Shown here: piece after piece, positions 29,708 through 38,588 of the stretch | How the letters are laid out: the number at the start of each line of letters is the position of its first letter | Numbering within the stretch: position 1 is the stretch's first letter | The notes under the pieces: generated by a model | Told to the model about the DNA's origin: nothing | Database searches by the model: none | Seen by the model: the letters and a program-made list of their open reading frames with translations, nothing else | Source of the DNA: Planctomycetota bacterium | GTDB lineage: Bacteria; Planctomycetota; GCA-002687715; CAIWVZ01 | DNA: 64,000 nt | Direction of reading: 5' to 3' | Assembly (NCBI GenBank): GCA_044222185.1 | Contig: JBGANV010000001.1 | Coordinates: 64,001-128,000, forward strand | Program-made: the position numbers and the translations under genes

Positions 29708-30214
29708 ATGGACTTCAAGGCGATCAGTTTCTGGATCTTCGCGGTGATGACCGTCGTCCCCGGTCTGATGATCGTGCTCTCGCGCGACATCGTCCGCGTC
29801 GCGTTCTGGCTCTTGGCGGCTCTCGGCGGAGTCGCTGGTCTTTACGTGACGCTCGGTGCGGACTTCCTCGGGTTCACCCAGGTCCTCGTGTACATCGGCG
29901 GGATCATGGTGCTGATCCTCTTCGGCATCATGATGACGCAGAAGGAGCAGATCCCGCTCGGGCGCCCGGAGACTTCCCCCGTCTCGATCTTGACGGGGTT
30001 GCTCATCGCGGCGGTCACGGCTGGGGCGCTGCTCCTCGTCGTCCGCAACACGACCTGGCGGTCCGACGTGGAAGTCGGGACCACGGCAACGACGGCTGGA
30101 ATCGGCACCGAACTCCTCACCAGCTACGTGCTGCCCTTCGAACTCGTCTCGGTGCTGCTTCTCGTCGTGCTGTGCGGCGCGGCCTACATCGCGCGCCGGA
30201 AGGCGGAGGACTGA
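29708..30214 (+). CDS. nuoJ: NADH-quinone oxidoreductase subunit J
   Basis: QVLVYIGGIMVLILF, YVLPFELVSVLLL. Confidence 0.95.
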   Translation: MDFKAISFWIFAVMTVVPGLMIVLSRDIVRVAFWLLAALGGVAGLYVTLGADFLGFTQVLVYIGGIMVLILFGIMMTQKEQIPLGRPETSPVSILTGLLIAAVTAGALLLVVRNTTWRSDVEVGTTATTAGIGTELLTSYVLPFELVSVLLLVVLCGAAYIARRKAED

Positions 30215-30215
30215 C

Positions 30216-30530
30216 ATGGGCCCCATCGGCCTGACCCATTACCTCGTCGTCAGCGCGTTGCTGTTCGCGCTCGGCGTCGCCGTCGTGCTCACCCGTCGCA
30301 ACGCGATTGCGGTGCTGTGCGGGCTCGAGTTGATCCTGAATGCGGCGGGGCTGAACTTCGTCGCGTTCAACAAATTCTCATCACCGGCCCGACTCGATGG
30401 TCAGATCTTCACGATCTTCATCATCATCATCGCGGCCGCCGAAGCGGCGACGATCCTGGCGATCGTCCTGAACATCTACCAAGCCCTGAACACCGTTCGG
30501 GTTGACCAGGTCGACACGCTCAAGGAATAG
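30216..30530 (+). CDS. nuoK: NADH-quinone oxidoreductase subunit K
   Basis: RRN, ELILNAA, AAAEA. Confidence 0.95.
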   Translation: MGPIGLTHYLVVSALLFALGVAVVLTRRNAIAVLCGLELILNAAGLNFVAFNKFSSPARLDGQIFTIFIIIIAAAEAATILAIVLNIYQALNTVRVDQVDTLKE

Positions 30531-30534
30531 GCGC

Positions 30535-32982
30535 ATGCCGTTGACCGATCTTCCGATGCCGACGCCAGTCAAGCTGGCGCTACTCGTGATGCTGCTGCCG
30601 CTCGGGGCGTTTGCACTCGAGTTGCTGCACGCACTGTTCACCCGGCGCATGCCGGCGTGGGCGGACAAACTCAGCACGGCCGTGATGGTGACGGCGCTGG
30701 GTACGAGCCTCTATCTGTTGTTCACCGAAGTCCTCGCGCATCCCCACGGGATCGAGAAGGCTCATCTCTGGGCGACGAGCTGGATGAACTTTGGGAGTTC
30801 GTCGCCGCTGCGCGTCGACTTCAGCATCCTCGTCGACAACCTGACGGTCGTGATGCTGTGCGTGGTGACGGGCGTCTCGACGCTCGTCCACCTCTATTCG
30901 ACGAGCTACATGCACGGCGAACTGCGCTACCAGCGGTTCTTCGCCTACCTGTCGCTGTTCACGTTCTCGATGCTCGGTTTGGTCATCGCGAACAACATCC
31001 TGCTCCTGTTCATCTTCTGGGAGCTCGTCGGCGTCTGCTCCTACTTCCTCATCGGGTTCTACATCGAGAAGAAGTCGGCGGGTGATGCCTCGAAGAAGGC
31101 GTTCATCACGAATCGCGTCGGTGACGCGCTGTTCATGACGGCGATCATGATCGTCTTCTCCGTCATCTCGAAGACGTCAGGCGGGAAGGACGTCTTGTCC
31201 TTCCAGATGATCTACCAGTCGATCGGCGAGCTGGGACAGGGCAAGGGCCCGTGGGTCGGCGAGTCCGGCCTGCTCACTCTCGCCGGGATCTTCTTCTTCA
31301 TGGGGTGTGTGACGAAGTCGGCGCAGTTCCCACTGCACATCTGGCTTCCGGACGCCATGGAAGGCCCGACGCCGGTGTCGGCGCTCATCCACGCCGCCAC
31401 GATGGTCGCGGCCGGCGTGTACATGATCGTCCGCATGTTCCCCGTGCTGGCGGGGGAGGGTTACCTGTCCGGTGACTACTTCCACAGCTCGCCGCTCCTG
31501 ATCGTCGCCCTCGTGGGCGGGTTCACGAGCATCTTCGCCGGAACGATCGCGCTCGTTCAGCAGGACCTGAAGAAGGGCCTGGCGTACTCGACGGTTTCGC
31601 AGCTCGGGTACATGGCGATGGCGGTCGGCGCGGGCAGCACGACGGCCGGCATGTTCCACCTCTTCACGCACGCGTTCTTCAAGGCGTGCCTGTTCCTCGG
31701 TGCGGGCTCGGTCATCCATGCGGTTCACAGCCAGCTGATGAAGGACATGGGCGGACTTCGGAAGAAGATGCCCATCACCTACTGGACGTTCCTCATTTCG
31801 ACGCTGGCCATCGCCGGCTTCCCTTTGACGTCCGGGTTCCTCTCGAAGGAGATGGTGCTCAGCGCGGCGCTTGCGTTCTCGAACATGCACCCGGGGTCGC
31901 TGGTGCACAAGCTGCCGTTCATCTTCGCCGCAGCGACGGCCGTGCTGACGACGTTCTACATGTTCCGCATGGTGTGGTTGACCTTCTTCGGCAAGGGAGC
32001 CTGGGAAGGCGGTCATCACGGCGCAGCGGATCACGCACACGGTCACGCCGCACCCGCCCACGCGCCCGCGCCGGCTTCCGCGCACGGCGCGCACGCGCAT
32101 GATCCGCACGATGCGCATGGGCACGCGCACCCGGCGCCGCACGGTGCACACGGCGCACACGGGCATGACGCGCACGCGCCTGCTGCGGCCGCGGCGAGTC
32201 ACGCCCCAGCGGCGCACGACGACCACGGACACCACGGCGAGCCGCACGAGTCGCCGTGGCGCATGGCCCTTCCGCTCGTCGTCCTCGGCACCCTCGCGGT
32301 GATCTCGGGTGGCATCGGAATCCCCGGCGCGCCCGGTTCGACCTGGATGGAGCATCGGGTCAACGAAGAAGCCCTGGTCAAGGGCATGATGACCGAGTCC
32401 GTCATCGCGACCGAAGAGACGAAATCCGTCTTCGAGAAGCAGTTCATCCACGAGGTCGAGGGCGGGGCGGCCCCCGCGTCCGAGATCGGGCGCGAGTACA
32501 AGGAAGCGTGGCACCACGCGCACATCCCGGTCCTTGCCGTGTCCGCCTGCGCGCTCTTGTTCGGAATCGGCGGCTCGTACTTCTTCTTCATGGTGAAGCG
32601 CGGCCGCGACTACGTGTCGCCGTCGGCGATCCTCAGGTCCTTCCGCACGACGCTCGAGAACCTCTGGTACGTCGACGCGTTCTTCATCAAGGGCGTCGTG
32701 CCGGTGGTCGGGCTCGTCATGGGCGTGGCGGCAGCGTTCGACAAGTTCGTGATCGACGGGATCGTCAATCTGTGCGCGACGATCACGCGGTTGATCTCGT
32801 GGGTTTCCGGCAAGTTCGACTTCAACGTCGTGGACGGCGCCGTCCGCGGCACCGGAGACGCCGTGATGGCTGGTGGAACCGCCATGCGGAAGACCATCAC
32901 CGGTCGGATCCAGGACTACGTCAAATACACCGTGCTCGGCCTGGCGATCCTGATGCTGATCGCTGCGCTGATGCCGCACTGA
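30535..32982 (+). CDS. nuoL: NADH-quinone oxidoreductase subunit L (His-rich insertion, extended transverse helix)
   Basis: WELVG, AFITNRVGD, KSAQFPLHIWLPDAMEGPTPVSALIHAATMV, HAFFKA, MGGLRKKMP. Confidence 0.96.
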   Translation: MPLTDLPMPTPVKLALLVMLLPLGAFALELLHALFTRRMPAWADKLSTAVMVTALGTSLYLLFTEVLAHPHGIEKAHLWATSWMNFGSSSPLRVDFSILVDNLTVVMLCVVTGVSTLVHLYSTSYMHGELRYQRFFAYLSLFTFSMLGLVIANNILLLFIFWELVGVCSYFLIGFYIEKKSAGDASKKAFITNRVGDALFMTAIMIVFSVISKTSGGKDVLSFQMIYQSIGELGQGKGPWVGESGLLTLAGIFFFMGCVTKSAQFPLHIWLPDAMEGPTPVSALIHAATMVAAGVYMIVRMFPVLAGEGYLSGDYFHSSPLLIVALVGGFTSIFAGTIALVQQDLKKGLAYSTVSQLGYMAMAVGAGSTTAGMFHLFTHAFFKACLFLGAGSVIHAVHSQLMKDMGGLRKKMPITYWTFLISTLAIAGFPLTSGFLSKEMVLSAALAFSNMHPGSLVHKLPFIFAAATAVLTTFYMFRMVWLTFFGKGAWEGGHHGAADHAHGHAAPAHAPAPASAHGAHAHDPHDAHGHAHPAPHGAHGAHGHDAHAPAAAAASHAPAAHDDHGHHGEPHESPWRMALPLVVLGTLAVISGGIGIPGAPGSTWMEHRVNEEALVKGMMTESVIATEETKSVFEKQFIHEVEGGAAPASEIGREYKEAWHHAHIPVLAVSACALLFGIGGSYFFFMVKRGRDYVSPSAILRSFRTTLENLWYVDAFFIKGVVPVVGLVMGVAAAFDKFVIDGIVNLCATITRLISWVSGKFDFNVVDGAVRGTGDAVMAGGTAMRKTITGRIQDYVKYTVLGLAILMLIAALMPH

Positions 32983-33036
32983 AATTCGAGAACATCGTTG
33001 GACGCGCCGCGCGCGACGCGCGGCCTGTAGGAGAGA

Positions 33037-34827
33037 GTGACGAACATGCTGCTGACGCTGGCCATCTTCCTGCCCGTAGTGGGCGCAGCTGTGGTCCTGT
33101 GCTTGCCGTCATCGAACAAGGGGCTGATCCGCATGGTCTCCCTCCTGTTCTCGATCGCGACTCTCGTTCCGGTCGCCATGGTCGGCATCGGGTACGCAAA
33201 GAACCAGGACGAGAGCGCGGACGTGAAGCTCTCGAAGATGGCGGACGCGCGCGTCGCCGGAATCTCGGACACGGCCGTCCGGGCCGACGTGTCCAAGCTT
33301 CTCGAGAAGCCGATGGAGAACACGCCGGCGAACCTCGAAAAGCTCGCGAGCGCTGATCGCGGCAAAGCGGACCTCGCGTCTGAGACGAAGGCCCAGGAGC
33401 TCACGCGCAAGGGCGCCTATGGGGCCTGGCACGAAGCCTGGGAGCTCAAGCTCGCGTCCAGCCACGCGATCACCCGCGCGATCCGGTACGTCGAGTACTC
33501 GAGCTGGATCGAGCGCTTCAACATCAACTACTTCCTCGGCGTGGACGGGCTATCGCTGCCACTCCTCATCCTGACGGCGCTCCTCTCGGTTCTCTGCATC
33601 TACTACTCGTTCAGCATCGAGACCGGCGTCAAGGCCTACATGGCGCTGTTCCTGATCCTGGAGGCCGGAATCCTCGGCGTGTTCTCGTCCCTCGACTTCT
33701 TCCTCTTCTACGTGTTCTGGGAAGTGGTGCTTCTGCCGATGTACTTCCTCATCGGCTTCTGGGGTGGGCCGCGCCGCATCTACGCGTCGATCAAGTTCTT
33801 CATCTACACACTGGCTGGCTCGGTGATCATGCTCGTGGCCATGCTCGCGTTGTACTTCCACGCAGGGCAGAACTCGTTCAACATCCTCACGCTGATCGGG
33901 GCGTCGCCGGGGTTCGAGCGCGAGTTCCAGACTTGGATCTTCATCGGGCTCTTCGCCGGGTTCGCGATCAAGGTTCCCGTGGTGCCGTTCCACACGTGGT
34001 TGCCTGACGCGCACGTGCAGGCACCGACGGCCATCTCCATGATGCTGGCCGGAGTGCTCTTGAAGATGGGTGGATACGGCTTCTTCCGCTTCTCCTACAC
34101 GATGGCGCCGGACGTGAGCCGCTCGAAGGAGTTCGTGCTCTTCATCGGCATCCTGGGGCTGATCAACCTGGTGTACGGCGCGCTGTGCGCGATGGCGCAG
34201 AAGGACTTCAAGTCCCTCGTCGCCTACTCATCCGTGAGTCACATGGGCTACGTCCTGCTCGGACTCGCCGCGATGACCGACGCTGGGTTCCAAGGCGCTG
34301 CGTTCCAGATGCTGAACCACGGTGTCAGCTCGGCGATGATGTTCCTCCTCGTGGGCATCGTCTACGAACGAGCCCATCACCGCGACCTCGACAACTTCGG
34401 TGGCATGGGCCTTCAAATGCCCTACTACACGGGATTCGCGATCATCGGCTTCTTCGCCTCGCTGGGACTGCCAGGGTTGAATGGGTTCATCTCGGAGTTC
34501 CTGGTGTTCCAGGGCTCGTTCCAATCCGCCACGTTCTGGCAGGGCTCCTCGATCGTCTTCGGGCTCCCGCGGTGGATCGTCTACGCGGCGCTCCCGGGCA
34601 TCGTGCTGACGGCGGGCTACATCCTCTGGACCATCCAGCGCGTGTTCTTGGGCGCTGCGAAGAAGGAGGAGTACAAGCACTTCCCGGACCTGTCGTTCCG
34701 CGAGGTGATCTGCCTCGTTCCGTTGGCCTTCCTCTGCATCTACCTCGGCGTGAATCCGGGAATCGTCCTGCACTACATGGACGGTTCGCTGATGGCGCTG
34801 CAGCACTTCGTCACGAAGTCCGTCTGA
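33037..34827 (+). CDS. nuoM: NADH-quinone oxidoreductase subunit M (large soluble insertion)
   Basis: GVDGLS, FWEVVLLPMY, IKVPVVPFHTWLPDAH, LLKMGGYG, AYSSVSHMG, FISEF. Confidence 0.96.
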   Translation: MTNMLLTLAIFLPVVGAAVVLCLPSSNKGLIRMVSLLFSIATLVPVAMVGIGYAKNQDESADVKLSKMADARVAGISDTAVRADVSKLLEKPMENTPANLEKLASADRGKADLASETKAQELTRKGAYGAWHEAWELKLASSHAITRAIRYVEYSSWIERFNINYFLGVDGLSLPLLILTALLSVLCIYYSFSIETGVKAYMALFLILEAGILGVFSSLDFFLFYVFWEVVLLPMYFLIGFWGGPRRIYASIKFFIYTLAGSVIMLVAMLALYFHAGQNSFNILTLIGASPGFEREFQTWIFIGLFAGFAIKVPVVPFHTWLPDAHVQAPTAISMMLAGVLLKMGGYGFFRFSYTMAPDVSRSKEFVLFIGILGLINLVYGALCAMAQKDFKSLVAYSSVSHMGYVLLGLAAMTDAGFQGAAFQMLNHGVSSAMMFLLVGIVYERAHHRDLDNFGGMGLQMPYYTGFAIIGFFASLGLPGLNGFISEFLVFQGSFQSATFWQGSSIVFGLPRWIVYAALPGIVLTAGYILWTIQRVFLGAAKKEEYKHFPDLSFREVICLVPLAFLCIYLGVNPGIVLHYMDGSLMALQHFVTKSV

Positions 34828-34842
34828 ACCGAGGACCCGCTC

Positions 34843-36393
34843 ATGTCGGACCAGGCATTGGCCTTCAATCACCTCATCGGAGCGATCAAGCACGACTTCG
34901 GTGCGATCCTCCCTGAGACGATTCTCTCGATCGTCATTTGCGTCCTCCTGCTCCACGACCTTCTCACGAAGGGCGTGCAGGCGAAGCGCGCCGGTGTCGT
35001 CGCGCTGATAGGCGTCGCGGCGACGGGGCTTTCACTCTGGCTGCAGGACGTTCCAGCGGCTGGCCGCGAGATCTTCGGCTGGTTCCGGGGCGCCGAACAG
35101 ATCGGGATGCTGCGAATCGACCGCTTCGGCACCTTCTTCAAAGGGCTCATCACCCTCGGTACCGGCATCTCCATCTTCATGACGATGTCGTTCAAGCCGC
35201 TCCGGCAGCGCCGGATGGGCGAGTTCTACGCGCTCTTGCTCGGCGCCGCGCTTGGCATGTTCGTTCAGGCTTCGGCGACGAACCTCGTGATGTTCTACTT
35301 CGGGATCGAGTTCGCCTCGCTCTCGTCGTACCTGCTTACGGCGTTCGTGAAGAGTGATCAGAAAGGGAGCGAGGCGGGCGTCAAGTACGCGATCTACGGC
35401 TCCGTTGCTTCCGGCGTGATGATCTTCGGGATGAGTCTGCTCTACGGGATGACCGGGAGCCTCCACATCAACGACCTCGCGCGGACGTTCACGGCGACCG
35501 GACTCACCCACGGGACGCTACTCATTGCGGGCGCGATGGTCTTCGCCGGCTTTGCGTACAAGATGGCGGCGTTCCCCATGCACTTCTGGTGCCCCGATGT
35601 CTACGAGGGCGCTGCCACCCCGTTCACGGCGTTCCTGTCCGTGACGTCGAAGGCCGGCGGATTTGCTCTGTTCGTGCGCTTCCTTCTGGCCTTCGGTGAG
35701 GGCTTCAAGGTCCTGAGCGATGGAGGCGGACGGTCGGCCGTCGACTGGCCGCAGCTCATCCTCGTGGCGTCGGCAGCATCGATGACGGTCGGGAACCTCG
35801 GGGCGCTCTGGCAGACGAACGTCAAACGCATGATGGCCTACTCGTCCATCGCGCATGCCGGATACCTGCTGATGGCGGTTGCGGTGATGACACCGCTCGG
35901 CGCGGTGGCGCCCTCGCCGAACGGTCAGTCCGGGCCGCTGCTCTTCTATTTCATCGCATACCTCTTCATGAATCTCGGGGCCTTCTACGTCGTCAGTCTG
36001 GTCGAGAACGACGCTGGCGGGACGACGCTGGACGCGTTCCGCGGTCTGGGGCGCCGGACTCCACTGATGGGGGCGTGCCTCGCGATCTTCATGCTGTCGT
36101 TGCTTGGTATTCCTCCGACCGCGGGGTTCACGGGCAAGTTCCAGCTGTTCATGGCCGTCATCGACAGGCGGATCTACTGGATTGCCGTCGTCGCCGGCAT
36201 CAACACGGCGATCTCGGCGTACTACTACTTCAGGATCTTGAAGGCGATGTACCTCGATGAGCCCAACGAGCAGGGGCCGTCGCGCTTCGCTCCGGCCGTC
36301 CAGATGGTCGTCGCGGCCCTCGTGATCCCGGTCCTGTACCTTGGAATCGACTTCAACCGTGTCGTGCACTTCGCCGAGCGCTTCGGCCTCTGA
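34843..36393 (+). CDS. nuoN: NADH-quinone oxidoreductase subunit N
   Basis: EAGVKY, KMAAFPMHFWCPDVYEGA, KRMMAYSSIAHAGY, GIPPTAGFTGK. Confidence 0.96.
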   Translation: MSDQALAFNHLIGAIKHDFGAILPETILSIVICVLLLHDLLTKGVQAKRAGVVALIGVAATGLSLWLQDVPAAGREIFGWFRGAEQIGMLRIDRFGTFFKGLITLGTGISIFMTMSFKPLRQRRMGEFYALLLGAALGMFVQASATNLVMFYFGIEFASLSSYLLTAFVKSDQKGSEAGVKYAIYGSVASGVMIFGMSLLYGMTGSLHINDLARTFTATGLTHGTLLIAGAMVFAGFAYKMAAFPMHFWCPDVYEGAATPFTAFLSVTSKAGGFALFVRFLLAFGEGFKVLSDGGGRSAVDWPQLILVASAASMTVGNLGALWQTNVKRMMAYSSIAHAGYLLMAVAVMTPLGAVAPSPNGQSGPLLFYFIAYLFMNLGAFYVVSLVENDAGGTTLDAFRGLGRRTPLMGACLAIFMLSLLGIPPTAGFTGKFQLFMAVIDRRIYWIAVVAGINTAISAYYYFRILKAMYLDEPNEQGPSRFAPAVQMVVAALVIPVLYLGIDFNRVVHFAERFGL

Positions 36394-36412
36394 CGCAAAG
36401 GAAAGCCGGGCA

Positions 36413-36916
36413 ATGGATCACGCGGACCCGTTTCAATCGTTGTTTCGGATCGCCAACTACTCGTTCCTCGCGTACGCGGTGAAGTCGGCACTTCCGACGG
36501 TCGTCGATGATGCGGATCGTCGCGTGATGGCGATCTTCAACGATCTGTATCAACGCGAGCGACATTACGTGGTGCGGTGCCACGAGCTCATGGGCGAATC
36601 GGGTCGGTACCCGTCGACCCAGACGTTCGACCTGAACACGTCGTTCTACAATTTCGTCCAGCCGATCGCGCTGGCGAGGCACTACGGTGCTGAGGTCTCC
36701 CGGGAACTCGCTGGTTTGAAGGCGATTCGCAGTCAGGTGTCAACCGCGGACCCGCTGCATGCGAAGCTCGCTCGACTCGTCGACGACTTCGTCGCGATTC
36801 GGGAGGAGGGCCGCGCCAAAGTCGCCGAGGTCGTTGCGTCGGCGACACCGCCTCCCTCGGCCAAGCCGGCGCCTGCGGCCACGGCAACCGCGAAGCCGTC
36901 GGCCGGCCCGGCATGA
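36413..36916 (+). CDS. Hypothetical helical protein, possibly ferritin-like fold
   Basis: All-alpha pattern with ExxH-like RERH and later E residues. 19 nt after nuoN; ATGA overlap with the next gene. Confidence 0.55.
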   Translation: MDHADPFQSLFRIANYSFLAYAVKSALPTVVDDADRRVMAIFNDLYQRERHYVVRCHELMGESGRYPSTQTFDLNTSFYNFVQPIALARHYGAEVSRELAGLKAIRSQVSTADPLHAKLARLVDDFVAIREEGRAKVAEVVASATPPPSAKPAPAATATAKPSAGPA

Positions 36917-38574
36917 AGCTCGGGCGTGGAGCTGCCGTTGCCATCACTGCAATGATGGCGTTGCTCGGTGGCTCGGCCCTCGGAGCCGACGGCAGCGATC
37001 CGGGCGCGAGCCTGTCCCTCATCTGGGCGGCTCCGTTTGCTGGGTTGCTGCTCTGCATCGCGCTTTGCCCGCTTCTGGCCCCTCATTTCTGGGAGCACCA
37101 CTTCGGGAAGGTCTCCGCGTTCTGGGCCGCCTGCTTCGTGGTTCCTTTCTGGATGCAATTCGGTGCGCACGAGACGCTCCACCGGCTGTTCCACGTCTAC
37201 CTGCTCGACTACCTCCCGTTCATCGTCCTGCTCGGGGCGCTCTTCATCGTCGCCGGCGGAATCCTGATCAAGGGCTCGTTCCGCGGCACGCCGGCGACGA
37301 ATACCGCCTTCCTCGTGGTCGGGACGCTACTCGCGTCCTGGATCGGAACGACCGGGGCCTCGATGCTGATGATCCGCCCGGTCCTGAGAGCAAACCGGGA
37401 GCGGAAGTCGCGTGTTCACACCGTCGTCTTCTTCATCTTCCTCGTGTCGAACATCGGGGGATCCCTCACGCCGCTCGGAGATCCGCCGCTCTTCCTCGGG
37501 TTCTTGAGGGGTGTCGACTTCTTTTGGACGGCGCTTCACATCTGGCCTGAAACGCTGCTGGTCACGGGGCTCCTCGTCGGCGCATACTTCGCGCTGGATT
37601 CGTTCCTCTACCGAAGGGATGGGCCTTTGCCGCCGCGCACCGATGCCGGCGAGCGATTCGGCGTGGGCGGCTCGATCAACTTCCTCTTCTTCGCCGGCAT
37701 CATCGTCGCCGTACTGTTGTCGGGTAGCCTCGCCGAACATCCCGGCTTCTTCGACGCGCAGAAGGTCAGCGAGAAGGTCTCCCGGGCACAGGGGCTCGAG
37801 GGCGAGGTCCGCGTGCTGCTCGGCGGGGGGGCGCTCGGGAGTGAGGGCCAGCGGGCGGCGTTCGCGGCACACCGCGATGAGGTCCTATCCCGGGCCCGCA
37901 CCGCGACGGAACTGCGAACCGAAGCTCGCGAGGAGGGCTCCCGCGCGATCGAATTCAGCCTTGGCCGTGTTCCTCTGCTCGCCCTCCTGCGCGACGGCGT
38001 GATCCTCTTGATGGCTTTGCTGTCGCTCCTCCTGACTCCCCGCGAGATCCGCGCACGGAACGGGTTCAGCTGGGGACCCATCAAGGAGGTGGCGAAGCTG
38101 TTCGCTGGGATCTTCGCAACCATGCTTCCGGCGCTGATGATCCTGCAGGCGGGCGAGCACGGTGCCCTGGCCGCCGTCGTGAAGAGTGTCACCACGCCCG
38201 CGCGGTTCTTCTGGACCACGGGTCTCGTGTCGTCGTTCCTCGACAACGCGCCGACGTATCTCGTGTTCTTTCAAACGGCGCAGGTCACACCGATGGCCGA
38301 ATTCGCAGCACGCGGCGCCTGGGGCGCGGTCGATCCCGTCAAGCCCGGCGTCGTCGACATGCCGTCGATCGTGCTGGCTGCGATTTCCGCAGGCGCCGTA
38401 TTCATGGGTGCCAACAGCTACATCGGCAACGGGCCGAACTTCATGGTGCGAGCCATTGCCGAGAGCGAGGGCGTGCGGATGCCGTCGTTCTTTGGATACA
38501 TCGCCCGCTGGTCGTTGCCCGTGTTGATCCCGATCTTCGTCCTCGTGACTTGGCTCTGCTTCGGCGTGGGCTGA
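36913..38574 (+). CDS. IT-superfamily sodium:proton antiporter-like transporter (CitMHS_2/DUF1646-like)
   Basis: IGTTGASM, SNIGGSLTPLGDPPLFLGF, SSFLDNAPTYL, GANSYIGNGPNFM; more than 10 TM helices. Confidence 0.85.
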   Translation: MKLGRGAAVAITAMMALLGGSALGADGSDPGASLSLIWAAPFAGLLLCIALCPLLAPHFWEHHFGKVSAFWAACFVVPFWMQFGAHETLHRLFHVYLLDYLPFIVLLGALFIVAGGILIKGSFRGTPATNTAFLVVGTLLASWIGTTGASMLMIRPVLRANRERKSRVHTVVFFIFLVSNIGGSLTPLGDPPLFLGFLRGVDFFWTALHIWPETLLVTGLLVGAYFALDSFLYRRDGPLPPRTDAGERFGVGGSINFLFFAGIIVAVLLSGSLAEHPGFFDAQKVSEKVSRAQGLEGEVRVLLGGGALGSEGQRAAFAAHRDEVLSRARTATELRTEAREEGSRAIEFSLGRVPLLALLRDGVILLMALLSLLLTPREIRARNGFSWGPIKEVAKLFAGIFATMLPALMILQAGEHGALAAVVKSVTTPARFFWTTGLVSSFLDNAPTYLVFFQTAQVTPMAEFAARGAWGAVDPVKPGVVDMPSIVLAAISAGAVFMGANSYIGNGPNFMVRAIAESEGVRMPSFFGYIARWSLPVLIPIFVLVTWLCFGVG

Positions 38575-38588
38575 GGGGCGGAGGGCAC

